A stretch of 64,000 nucleotides of DNA, from positions 160,001-224,000 of IMG/VR virus record IMGVR_UViG_3300024493_000235; one strand, given 5' to 3'. Numbering within the stretch: the stretch's first letter is position 1; each line of letters begins with the position of its first letter. Both the position numbers and the translations under genes were made by a program. The notes below the pieces were generated by a model. That model was not told the DNA's origin, made no database searches, and saw nothing but the letters and a program-made list of their open reading frames with translations. Positions 7,615-17,275 of the stretch are shown in pieces. This DNA is from a virus (lineage: Duplodnaviria > Caudoviricetes).

Positions 7615-10113
7615 ATGAAAAATGATACACATCTTTTGATGATACAAAAATCAAACGATAAAATCTTTACTCTCGATAAGGAATTCATTGAGAGTTATGA
7701 AAATAAAAACCCCAAAAACGGAATGGACATATTAGGTCTTGTTACCTTTTATCGCACATACTCTCGTATGCTTGAAAAAGAAGAACGAAACGAGCATTGG
7801 TTTGAATGTGTTCGCCGTGTCGTAGAAGGAGTCATGAATATTCAAAAAGAATATTGTATGAATCATCGTCGCAAATGGTCTGATATAAAGGCACAGAGAA
7901 TAGCCCAGATTATGTACGACAAAATGTTTAACTTTAAAATGATTCCCCCAGGAAGAGGATTGTGGATTATGGGTTCTTCTTTTATTAAAGAAAGAGGAGC
8001 TGCGGCATTAAATAACTGCGCATATATTTCTACAGAAAATATAGGAGATCCGAAAGAATCTTCAATGTGTTTTGCATGGACTATGGATATGCTCATGTTA
8101 GGATCAGGCGTTTCCTCTGATACAAGGGGTGCCGGGAAAGTCGTCATAAAGCAACCAAAACCAACGGTGAAAGTATATACAATTCCTGACTCAAGAGAAG
8201 GTTGGGTTAACTCATTATGGATGCTCATGGAAAGTTATTTTCAAGGAACTGAGTCTGTTGATTTTAATTATAGTCTAATACGTGAAAGAGGACTTCCGAT
8301 AAAAGGATTTGGAGGAACTGCTTCTGGCCCTGATCCTTTGAAGATATTGCACAACTTCATCCGAGAGTTATTTAATAAAAGAATTGGTTTAACACTATCA
8401 TCAGTTGATATTGTTGATATCATGAATAACATCGGACGCTGCGTTGTAAGTGGGAACGTGCGCAGATCAAGTTGTCTCATGTTAGGCGATCCTGACGATA
8501 CCGAATTTGTTACGATGAAGGATCCCGTTCTTCATAAGGAAGAACTTATAAGTCACAGATGGGCAAGTAACAATTCAGTGAATGCTGTTCCAGGAAAAAT
8601 AAGATACGAAGATTACATCGATTCTATTTGTGCGAATGGAGAACCAGGTTTTGTGTGGCTTTCTAATATTCGTAAACACGGTAGAATGATGGATCCAGTG
8701 GATGACGTTGATATTAACGTCGGAAACTTAAATCCGTGCTTTACAGGTGATATGAAACTTCTTACTAAAGATGGATACGTGACATTTGATCAACTTGATG
8801 ATATAGGTTGCGAAGTTGATATCGTTCGTAAAGACGGTTCTATAGGCCCCGCGCAAATAATATACACAGGAAAGAAAATCATCGCTGAAATATATGTCGC
8901 CGGAGTTGAAGAGCCGCTTAAATGTACGCACGATCATGTATGGATGCTTTCTAATGGAACTGAATGCAAAGCAATAAACTTGCAGGGAAAGACTTTAAAG
9001 AATTATTCATATATGAAAACACGGCCGATTGTTACCAAAGTCGTTCTTAAGAACGATGAAGAGGATGTATTTGATTTTAAAGAACCTAAATTCCATTGGG
9101 GTATTGTTAATAACTTTTTTGCACATAACTGCGGAGAGATTTGTCTTGAATCTGGCGGCATGTGCAATTTAGTTTCTGTAATTCCGGCATATCATGATAC
9201 ATATGATGAGTTTGAAGAATCTCTTAAATATGCATATATGTATGCAAAAACGGTAACACTTCTTGATACCGGATGGCCAAATACTGACGAGATTATACGT
9301 AATACTCGTCGTATTGGTATTTCTCTGTCTGGAGTTATTGACGCTTTTGAAAAACACGGAAGAGATAAAATGTTAAAGTGGTGTCGAGACGGATACAATT
9401 ATGTGCGTAAACTCGACAAAGAATATTCGGAACACTGGCTTCATATTCCAGAATCATCCAGAATTTCTGCACTGAAGCCCGACGGCACAACATCGCTATT
9501 GACAGGAAGTTCTCCTGGAATACATTACCCGTTCGATAAGTATTATATTAGGAGAGTTAGAATAGATTCGAGCTCCCCCATTTGCAAGATACTTACAGAA
9601 CACGGCTATCATTATGAAGTCGAAAGAGAAAACTTTGTTTTCGAATTTCCTGTAATGAAAGAGCATTTTGGAAAATCGGTACAAACGTGTACAGTCGAAG
9701 ATCAATTTCGTAACGCTTCTGACATGCAAGAGATGTGGGCTGATAATTCTGTTTCTATTACGATAACTTTCAGACATCAGATTAAAAGAAACGAAAAAGG
9801 AGAACCTATCGATGAAAACAATAATGTCATTACGTCTGGAAATCCTAAAGATTACATCGTCCTTGAGAGCGATAAAGACGAAGTCGTTCGGTGCTTGTAC
9901 AAATATGAAAATAGATTAAAGGCTGTATCTTTACTTCCTGACGATCCGTTTGCATACGCTCTTATGCCGTTTGAGTCTATCACAAAAGAAAAGTTTGATA
10001 GAATGTGGGAGAAAATAACTCCTATTAATTTCAAAGAAATTAACATCTATCAGAAACCGGAAGTAATCGAACGATTCTGCACAAAAGATTCGTGCGATAT
10101 TATAAAACCATAA
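7615..10113 (+). CDS. nrdJ: class II (adenosylcobalamin-dependent) ribonucleotide reductase, intein-containing
   Basis: RTYSR, PPGRGLW, LNNC, PDSREGW, GFGGTASGP, VVSGNVRRS, NP/CGEI split by the intein, KPDGTTSLL, C-terminal CxxxxC. Confidence 0.92.
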   Translation: MKNDTHLLMIQKSNDKIFTLDKEFIESYENKNPKNGMDILGLVTFYRTYSRMLEKEERNEHWFECVRRVVEGVMNIQKEYCMNHRRKWSDIKAQRIAQIMYDKMFNFKMIPPGRGLWIMGSSFIKERGAAALNNCAYISTENIGDPKESSMCFAWTMDMLMLGSGVSSDTRGAGKVVIKQPKPTVKVYTIPDSREGWVNSLWMLMESYFQGTESVDFNYSLIRERGLPIKGFGGTASGPDPLKILHNFIRELFNKRIGLTLSSVDIVDIMNNIGRCVVSGNVRRSSCLMLGDPDDTEFVTMKDPVLHKEELISHRWASNNSVNAVPGKIRYEDYIDSICANGEPGFVWLSNIRKHGRMMDPVDDVDINVGNLNPCFTGDMKLLTKDGYVTFDQLDDIGCEVDIVRKDGSIGPAQIIYTGKKIIAEIYVAGVEEPLKCTHDHVWMLSNGTECKAINLQGKTLKNYSYMKTRPIVTKVVLKNDEEDVFDFKEPKFHWGIVNNFFAHNCGEICLESGGMCNLVSVIPAYHDTYDEFEESLKYAYMYAKTVTLLDTGWPNTDEIIRNTRRIGISLSGVIDAFEKHGRDKMLKWCRDGYNYVRKLDKEYSEHWLHIPESSRISALKPDGTTSLLTGSSPGIHYPFDKYYIRRVRIDSSSPICKILTEHGYHYEVERENFVFEFPVMKEHFGKSVQTCTVEDQFRNASDMQEMWADNSVSITITFRHQIKRNEKGEPIDENNNVITSGNPKDYIVLESDKDEVVRCLYKYENRLKAVSLLPDDPFAYALMPFESITKEKFDRMWEKITPINFKEINIYQKPEVIERFCTKDSCDIIKP
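8737..9129 (+). mobile_element. 131-aa mini-intein (no homing endonuclease) in nrdJ
   Basis: Starts CFTGD (block A), contains CTHDH (block B TxxH), ends FAHN followed by extein Cys; removal restores NPCGEI. Confidence 0.92.
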
Positions 10114-10128
10114 CGAAAGGAGAAAATT

Positions 10129-10899
10129 ATGGGACCAGAAGATTTGGGGGAGATGCTTTACGAAGGAAAAGCAAAAAAATTGTATGCCGTTCAAAATTGG
10201 CCAGAACTTGTTGTCATAGAATATAAGGATGATGCAACAGCCAATAACGGAGAGAAGAAAGGACAGATTGCGAACAAAGGAAAAATAAATAATGCGATTG
10301 CATCAAAATTATTTGAAGTCCTTAAAGCCGAAGGCATTCCAACACATTTTGTCCGTAAACGTACTGATACCGAAATGGTGTGTAAAAAAGTCGAGATCAT
10401 AAAACTTGAAGTCATCATCCGAAATCTTATCGCCGGTTCCATGGCAAAACGTCTTGGAATTAAAGAGGGGACGGCTCCCGAAACGACAATCTTTGAGCTT
10501 TCGTACAAAGACGATTCGCTTGGCGATCCTCTTATTAATGATTATCACGCCGTCGGAATTGGAGCTGCGACCTTCGAAGAAATTGAGACCATTAAGACTT
10601 ATGCGTTCAAAATCAATAGGATACTCAAGAGATTCTTTTCTAAACGAAGAGTGAACGTAGTCGATTTCAAACTTGAATTTGGACGTGTTATTGATGAGAA
10701 TGGGGAAGTAACACGTGAGATTGTTCTCGCCGACGAGATATCTCCTGATACTTGTCGGTTCTGGGATCAAAAGACAAATGAAAAACTCGACAAAGATCGG
10801 TTCCGTCGGGATCTTGGCGGCATTGAAGAAGCATATAACGAAATTGAGGCAAGGATCCTTATGAATGACGACGAGGTATCGCGTATATGGAAGACATAA
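10129..10899 (+). CDS. purC: SAICAR synthetase
   Basis: [40 protein letters not shown]. Confidence 0.95.
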   Translation: MGPEDLGEMLYEGKAKKLYAVQNWPELVVIEYKDDATANNGEKKGQIANKGKINNAIASKLFEVLKAEGIPTHFVRKRTDTEMVCKKVEIIKLEVIIRNLIAGSMAKRLGIKEGTAPETTIFELSYKDDSLGDPLINDYHAVGIGAATFEEIETIKTYAFKINRILKRFFSKRRVNVVDFKLEFGRVIDENGEVTREIVLADEISPDTCRFWDQKTNEKLDKDRFRRDLGGIEEAYNEIEARILMNDDEVSRIWKT

Positions 10900-11369
10900 T
10901 ATATACTCTTGATACTCAAAGTCTTTTACGTTCGATGTATCCTAAGGATTTTGGTCCAGGACGAGCAGATCTTTTAGTACTTCTGGATGACGAATCGCCA
11001 TATGCGTATTCTATTTCGTGTGGCGGTATTGTAAATCCTGAAAAGAGAATAGCTCGCGGGATTGCCATTCCTATTACGACAAAGAAAATTACACGCCTTA
11101 GAGAACTCGATGATCATAGAGCCGGATGCAGTAAACTTCGTTATGATAAGTACCCGACTCTTGTGAAAGATTTTGTCAAAAATCTCGATAGCGCTTACAA
11201 AAGACAAATTGCCTACATCGAAGATGCTCTTGATATCGCTGTGGATATGTCACGAATAGAAGAGTTACGAGAAGGATATATTCCTGTTTTAATATCAGGA
11301 AGAACCTCGACAGGACTCTTCTTAAGTGAGCCTACGAAAGCTGTAATTGTGTCAGGAAATTGCATCTAA
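10887..11369 (+). CDS. hypothetical protein
   Basis: 160-aa ORF coupled to purC. Confidence 0.6.
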   Translation: MEDIIYTLDTQSLLRSMYPKDFGPGRADLLVLLDDESPYAYSISCGGIVNPEKRIARGIAIPITTKKITRLRELDDHRAGCSKLRYDKYPTLVKDFVKNLDSAYKRQIAYIEDALDIAVDMSRIEELREGYIPVLISGRTSTGLFLSEPTKAVIVSGNCI

Positions 11370-11380
11370 ATGACAGGAAA

Positions 11381-11412
11381 TCCGCAGACCTTTTGGTCTG
11401 CGGATCCTTTTT
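11381..11412 (+). terminator. rho-independent terminator
   Basis: TCCGCAGACC-TTTT-GGTCTGCGGA then CCTTTTT. Confidence 0.75.
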
Positions 11413-11422
11413 AGGCCTCTCG

Positions 11423-11434
11423 AACATCTTGTTA
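11423..11434 (+). promoter_or_regulatory. putative late promoter AACA-N6-TA (AR9-type)
   Basis: AACATCTTGTTA at the head of a structural-gene operon; the motif recurs at other operon starts. Confidence 0.6.
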
Positions 11435-11463
11435 ATTACAACCCTTTTAATAGGAGGAATATT

Positions 11464-12432
11464 GTGAAATTATATTCTGAAACCTTCACATATAAACAAT
11501 ATGATGAAAATTTTCACATAAGCTCAATGCTTAAAGACCTGAAAAATCATATTACAATTGTCGATAAAGAAGTTTTTTCATCTAAAGTGTTAGAAATTGA
11601 CAAAATGGTAAATATCTCTATAAAGAAATCCGTAATGAAAGATTTCGATGAGAAAGCCATTGTATTTTTTGTTACAAACGACGATTTTCCATTACCTTCT
11701 ACAGTGCCCGTATTTATAGTTCCTGATAAAACCTCAAATTTAAGATACAGAGCAATTGTCAATATCACAGGCCACAGTAAAATCTCAAAAGACGAATTTG
11801 GAAAAATTGAAAGTGTGGAAATCGAGAATAAGAAAATGTTTACACTTCTTGCTACAGGATGGATTTACAGAAAACTGTTTCTCGATGATTCAGCGTTCTT
11901 TATTAATTCGGGCATTGTAAAGGTAGCTGCAAATATGTACGCAAGATTGTGCTACAAAATTCTTGATAAGAAATGGTCCATTGGTGTCGACTTCAAAAGA
12001 GTCGATGTTGCAATGGTTATATTTGCTTATTTTTTTGCATATTATGTCGCAGGGGAACCTAAAAGGGCGTTGGATATAGCATCTGCTATTGATGCCGTTA
12101 CAAATTTAAATGAAGGTGTTAAGGTTGCTCGTGACATAATAAAGCATGTAAAGGATCCAAAGCATCCGTTTAAGGATTTCAGGGATTGTATCGAACTTTT
12201 GAATAAATCCATTAGTGAGATTGTCCCTATCGATGCTCTTACATTCATAGGGGTCTTTGCACAACATTGGCAAGGTTCAACTGTGCCAGGAATTGATTAT
12301 CTTCCCTACTTTGTGATGACAATCGTTTCTTCATTTATAGGAGCCGGACTTGCGAGGGATACGGCCGTACTTCAAGTTGTACGAAAAGATGCCGATACTT
12401 TCATTAAAATGCTAAGTGAAGTATACAAATAG
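11464..12432 (+). CDS. putative virion structural protein
   Basis: 322 aa, AGGAGG RBS, first gene after a late promoter. Confidence 0.55.
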   Translation: MKLYSETFTYKQYDENFHISSMLKDLKNHITIVDKEVFSSKVLEIDKMVNISIKKSVMKDFDEKAIVFFVTNDDFPLPSTVPVFIVPDKTSNLRYRAIVNITGHSKISKDEFGKIESVEIENKKMFTLLATGWIYRKLFLDDSAFFINSGIVKVAANMYARLCYKILDKKWSIGVDFKRVDVAMVIFAYFFAYYVAGEPKRALDIASAIDAVTNLNEGVKVARDIIKHVKDPKHPFKDFRDCIELLNKSISEIVPIDALTFIGVFAQHWQGSTVPGIDYLPYFVMTIVSSFIGAGLARDTAVLQVVRKDADTFIKMLSEVYK

Positions 12433-12442
12433 GAGGCAAGGT

Positions 12443-15400
12443 GTGAAAGACATCGCCACAGACAGCGCAGTTCAATACATGGAAGGTAGTACTATAGATA
12501 CATTAGAGTCATGGAGGCTTAAAGAAAGTTCAACTCTTCAAGAGCTATACCTTTCGGATCTTGACTATAATGAAAACCTTATGAAGGAGTTTATAGTCCC
12601 TTCTAGCAATCGAGTAAAAATGTCAACAGGGGAAACGGTCGATGTTCCTTCAACAGTGAATCTTTTTATGTTTCCTACTCGCAAAAGATTATATGACGAA
12701 AACGAGTATGCTGCAAGGTTAAAACCAAAAGTACAAACATTAAAAGAACGTGGAGAATTAAAGAGGCGTTCTTTTGTCGTATTCGTAAACGGAAAGAAAG
12801 TTCCGGATGACAGAGTACTTGTATACGCAAGTCAAAATGGAACGGATGTATTTATTCCATGTTCGTACTTCGATAAGAAAAACCTTAACTCTCTTGTATG
12901 TACGGTTCATGAATACGGAGAATGTTATCTTCAGTATTACATCGATAACACCCTATCAAGAATGATTGGGGATACTTCCAAAGGCAGCATTTCAATTCCT
13001 CCAAGATTAAGAGCGAAGATTATAAAAAGATACATCTTAGTATATGTAGACGGTCTTCTTTTGGAACCTGCAGAATTTGAAATTACCATAGACGGATTGT
13101 GCTTCTCTGTAGAACTTGTAGGAGAGCCTAGTTCGTTTTTGAATAAACCTGTAGAAGTCGTTGTTGATAGCTCTATCTTGGGTTCTTTTTCGAATCGTTA
13201 CATCAACTCTTCTAACGACTTGTTTTTCTTCATACCAAAAGATAATACCATGACACTTGATTTTGCGATATTCCAATATATGTGCGATATTTATCTTAAT
13301 GGAGAGAGAATACCGTCTTATGATATTGCGCAGAAATCGTATCGTCATTTCTTGTATAAAAGACCGCTTACAGAAAACGTTGTCACATCCCGTATTGTGT
13401 TGTCGGATAAGAGAAAACTGTCAAGTTCATTTTATCCGTATATCGATTCTTTCATGCAATATGAAATGTGGGCAGATGAAAAACAAACAATACAACAGCT
13501 TGCAGGAGAAATTGTCGAGGATACAGAAATACAACCACCGTTTATAAACTATAAACAACTTGCATTTCCTCCTGAAAACAAATATATCGTTGATGAAAAA
13601 GTCACCAGCCTTATGAGTAACCTCCAGAGAATAAAAGCCATGATAGCCGAAAATACAAATTACTTCAGAGCTCTTTTAAGCTACTACGGTATCAAAGAAG
13701 AAGAGTACACAGTTACACGTGGAGAGGGCATTGACGATGACAATAAGAAAGTAGGAATTGTTCTTGAAAACAATGACGGCGTTTATCCGAATAGGGATGA
13801 TAGTCTTCTTGAAGTGTACATAAACGGAAAGAAAATTCAGGACACATCTCTTACATATGTCAACAAAGCTGGAGCTGATTACATTCAAATTCCGATGAAG
13901 TTCTTCCGTAAAGGAAAGGATCCGCAAAAGGTTAGTAATGCAAGTTTAACCGAAGACAAAAAATATTACACGGATGTGATTCATCTGTATCGATACAAAA
14001 CAACTTCATGTCAACAAGGGTCTATTTCATTTGAATGTGCTCCTCAAGACTGGATGCACAGCAACACGTGGATTGACATATGTGATATCCCTGGAGTCTC
14101 TGGAAATCTTTTTGATTACGACATATCGGAACTTGTTGTATACCAAAGAACAAACCGTGATACTGATAAAAATCATTTCTACATTGATATGGAAGGTGCC
14201 GTAAGTTATTTCGGTATCGTTCATGAAAAGAATAAAGACGGTTCTATTAATTACTCTTTACGCCATGAATTGCATGATGACGGAAAAGAATACCTACAAA
14301 TAATAATACCGGAAGGTTCGTGTATACAAAAAGATTCAAAAGTATACATTTCTAACCCAAGGTTTCATTCACAAAGAACGTTTACAGTACAAGTTACAGC
14401 CAACTCTCTTAACAATGAAAGTAGACTTGTACTTAATTCCGTTGATCGAGGGGAAGTTATTCCTAAAGCCGTTGGCGATTATCTTATAAAGTTATTTATA
14501 AACGGCTCATGTTGCATTAAAGACGTTGACTATTTTATATCATCTCCTGAAACACGTGATACTGTCGTAAATACGATTATTATTTTTAGGAGAAAAGTAG
14601 AAATAGATGACGTTATTGAAATTGTATATACTGGTACAAAAAACAGATGGCTATGCGGATATTCGAATATCCCAGCTTCCAATAAATTCGGTCTTTTATA
14701 TCTGTCTGCACTTCGAATTCCTTTTTCAACCGATTACATCGATGTATACTTGAATGAGAAAAAACTTGATAAAGATGATATCGTTGTTTATACAGACAGA
14801 CTCGTTCGCATTAAAAATAATCTTCTCCCGTTTAGAAACGTGTCATTTTATACTCGTCTTTCTGTGGGATATCCGGATCTCAATCCTTACATCGAAGAGC
14901 ATATGAAAAATAGGGATCCGTTCGATGTATACATCGAAGAATTCTGTAAGTCAGTCGATTATGAAACGGACTCTGAAGGGGATAAATCGATTAACGATAT
15001 TTTTGAAACAACCACTATTGGAACTGACGATGATGGAAACCCGATATATCCTGATGTAATACCGGAAGACCCTGATGTACCGCCAATACAGCAAATAGAT
15101 CCGTTCTTGGATCGTTTTGGAAGGGATTTCAATACCGATAGAAATCAGGTTACAAAATATTTTGACGCCAACGAATTTAAACTTATCGACTTCGATGAGT
15201 ATCTGATTCTTTTGAATGAGAAAACGCTTGCTACGCATCATATTGTCTTGAATGCGAATTCTCCTGAAAAGATACATGATGACTTTATATTTGATCCCAA
15301 CAGATACTATCGGAATGTGCCGGAGATTATGAAAGTAATAGCCGACACATTCAATTTAGGGTTTATCACGAAGGATATGGATTCAAATGCTCCTATATCT

Positions 15401-15529
15401 AAGTATACAGACCCGTTATTGTCAACGTACCTCTATCCTCGGGATGTGATTCCTCTTGATTCAAACAGAGTCTTTACAGAGAAAGAATTGCAAGAGACTG
15501 TGGTACTCGATTCAAATATCGTTCCATAA
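12443..15529 (+). CDS. large virion structural (baseplate/tail) protein
   Basis: ~1030 aa with repeated V/L-(F/Y)-(V/I/L)-NG beta modules; AGGAGG before GTG 12443. Confidence 0.6.
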   Translation: MKDIATDSAVQYMEGSTIDTLESWRLKESSTLQELYLSDLDYNENLMKEFIVPSSNRVKMSTGETVDVPSTVNLFMFPTRKRLYDENEYAARLKPKVQTLKERGELKRRSFVVFVNGKKVPDDRVLVYASQNGTDVFIPCSYFDKKNLNSLVCTVHEYGECYLQYYIDNTLSRMIGDTSKGSISIPPRLRAKIIKRYILVYVDGLLLEPAEFEITIDGLCFSVELVGEPSSFLNKPVEVVVDSSILGSFSNRYINSSNDLFFFIPKDNTMTLDFAIFQYMCDIYLNGERIPSYDIAQKSYRHFLYKRPLTENVVTSRIVLSDKRKLSSSFYPYIDSFMQYEMWADEKQTIQQLAGEIVEDTEIQPPFINYKQLAFPPENKYIVDEKVTSLMSNLQRIKAMIAENTNYFRALLSYYGIKEEEYTVTRGEGIDDDNKKVGIVLENNDGVYPNRDDSLLEVYINGKKIQDTSLTYVNKAGADYIQIPMKFFRKGKDPQKVSNASLTEDKKYYTDVIHLYRYKTTSCQQGSISFECAPQDWMHSNTWIDICDIPGVSGNLFDYDISELVVYQRTNRDTDKNHFYIDMEGAVSYFGIVHEKNKDGSINYSLRHELHDDGKEYLQIIIPEGSCIQKDSKVYISNPRFHSQRTFTVQVTANSLNNESRLVLNSVDRGEVIPKAVGDYLIKLFINGSCCIKDVDYFISSPETRDTVVNTIIIFRRKVEIDDVIEIVYTGTKNRWLCGYSNIPASNKFGLLYLSALRIPFSTDYIDVYLNEKKLDKDDIVVYTDRLVRIKNNLLPFRNVSFYTRLSVGYPDLNPYIEEHMKNRDPFDVYIEEFCKSVDYETDSEGDKSINDIFETTTIGTDDDGNPIYPDVIPEDPDVPPIQQIDPFLDRFGRDFNTDRNQVTKYFDANEFKLIDFDEYLILLNEKTLATHHIVLNANSPEKIHDDFIFDPNRYYRNVPEIMKVIADTFNLGFITKDMDSNAPISKYTDPLLSTYLYPRDVIPLDSNRVFTEKELQETVVLDSNIVP

Positions 15530-15561
15530 GGAATGAGTAAACTAACATAGGAGGAATTTCT

Positions 15562-17265
15562 ATGCCGGACGGATATGAAGCTCTTGAAGGTGACAAACAT
15601 CGTTTTGTATTTAAAGCTCTTTTAATCGAAAATAAAGAGCTAGCACACCCGGGAGAACTCGTCATCGACAAAAAGACAGGTATCATTTGGACTGTTGACG
15701 ATGACGGGAATTTGCATTCAAAAGCGTTTGAACTTGCAGAACAACTTAAAACGCTTAATGATTCGGGTGTAATTCAAAGCGCACTTGCATTTGCAAATAA
15801 CGCAAAGATATACACATTGTACGTAAGCGGAAACACATGTCGTATCGACAGCATGATAAAGCTTGATAAAAACATAAGGTATTGGGCTGTTCGCGGTATC
15901 GATGAGAAAACCAAACAGCTTATATACCTTACGGGTCTTATGAAAGAGGATCAGATTGAAAACTCCCTTATCGATGTCCTTCCCTTTACATCAGATCCTG
16001 AAATTGCTTTCCCTGGAGAAGCGCAATCCGGAACTTTTCATACACCATCGATTGTCAAAGACAGGCATCCATACTTCATCGATTTCTTTGATGCCGACAG
16101 AGTTGCGAGAGCTTCTGTACCGTGTCAAACAGTATTTGTTTCGAGGCTCGATTTTGCGTTAGCCCCGGATCAGAATATCGTGGATCTTGAAATCGTAACA
16201 AGTCAAGATATGGTAAATCCGGATAATCCTCACGAACAAATCGGCTTTATTTATCAGGGACAATCTTTCGGCTCTATCAACGTATATGTATATGCAAAAT
16301 ACGCATCAGGGGACAAAAGATATATCAATCATGAAATTTCAACATCGCGCCTTGTCCTCACAATCCCCAAAGACGAAGAAACAATAGCTGACAGACTTGA
16401 AATTGGAAAAACCTTCGAAATCCAAGCCAGGTATTATGCAGGAGAAATAAATACAGATACTGGGGAGGCAATTCATGACGGAAACTATTTTTCCATCGAT
16501 AAGACAAAAACTGTACGCGTTGTCGAAGATGTCTATACCGGAGTTGAATATCTTCTTCCGGTCCCAGTCGTCCATACCCTCGGAAGCGCATCCCTTCCCG
16601 GAGGCGCTACGGAAGTTATCAAACTTCATATGTTTGCCAAATACACAACAGAACAATTCCTCGATGTATCGGCTAACGCAAAATTTGCCCATAGCGAATT
16701 CAGCGAAACTTCTTTTGGTGTTACCCAGACCTTCACAGTATCTCTTGGTATAGGTCACGGAGGTCTTAGGTTTGAACAGCACAATACGCAGGTGACAATG
16801 TCAGGAATAGATAAAGGAAGATGGGACAAGATTGTTGTTCCATATGCGCCAAAGACACAAATTCCGTGCTGTGTCGCTCAATTTGATCCGTTCACAAATG
16901 TTGACGGTATAAAAATGCGTTTCAGAAAAGAAAACCTCGATGGTTTTGCTACTCCTGATGCATTCGCAATCTTTGGTTCTATTCCGGGAAAGAAGCCGAC
17001 ACACTTCAGGGTAAGATCGGTTATCGAATCTTCTTTTGTTCATACGATAATTCCTATCCGTATAGAAGATTTTGAGAAATTCACGATATCTGATACAACG
17101 AACGCATCGAATATGCTTTCTAACTTCCAAGCGAACAACAACGGTATTCCGTATCCGATCATCGTTGAATTTTTGTATCAAGATCCTTCAAACGCAAGCG
17201 CACCGTTTACGTTTGTAACAGCCATACCGTTCATAACGCAGCGAACAGAGATCTACGATTTTTAA
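15562..17265 (+). CDS. virion structural protein (Ig-like beta-rich)
   Basis: 567 aa, YAKYASGD / FAKYTTE-type repeats, in the late operon. Confidence 0.55.
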   Translation: MPDGYEALEGDKHRFVFKALLIENKELAHPGELVIDKKTGIIWTVDDDGNLHSKAFELAEQLKTLNDSGVIQSALAFANNAKIYTLYVSGNTCRIDSMIKLDKNIRYWAVRGIDEKTKQLIYLTGLMKEDQIENSLIDVLPFTSDPEIAFPGEAQSGTFHTPSIVKDRHPYFIDFFDADRVARASVPCQTVFVSRLDFALAPDQNIVDLEIVTSQDMVNPDNPHEQIGFIYQGQSFGSINVYVYAKYASGDKRYINHEISTSRLVLTIPKDEETIADRLEIGKTFEIQARYYAGEINTDTGEAIHDGNYFSIDKTKTVRVVEDVYTGVEYLLPVPVVHTLGSASLPGGATEVIKLHMFAKYTTEQFLDVSANAKFAHSEFSETSFGVTQTFTVSLGIGHGGLRFEQHNTQVTMSGIDKGRWDKIVVPYAPKTQIPCCVAQFDPFTNVDGIKMRFRKENLDGFATPDAFAIFGSIPGKKPTHFRVRSVIESSFVHTIIPIRIEDFEKFTISDTTNASNMLSNFQANNNGIPYPIIVEFLYQDPSNASAPFTFVTAIPFITQRTEIYDF

Positions 17266-17275
17266 GGAGTGATAT

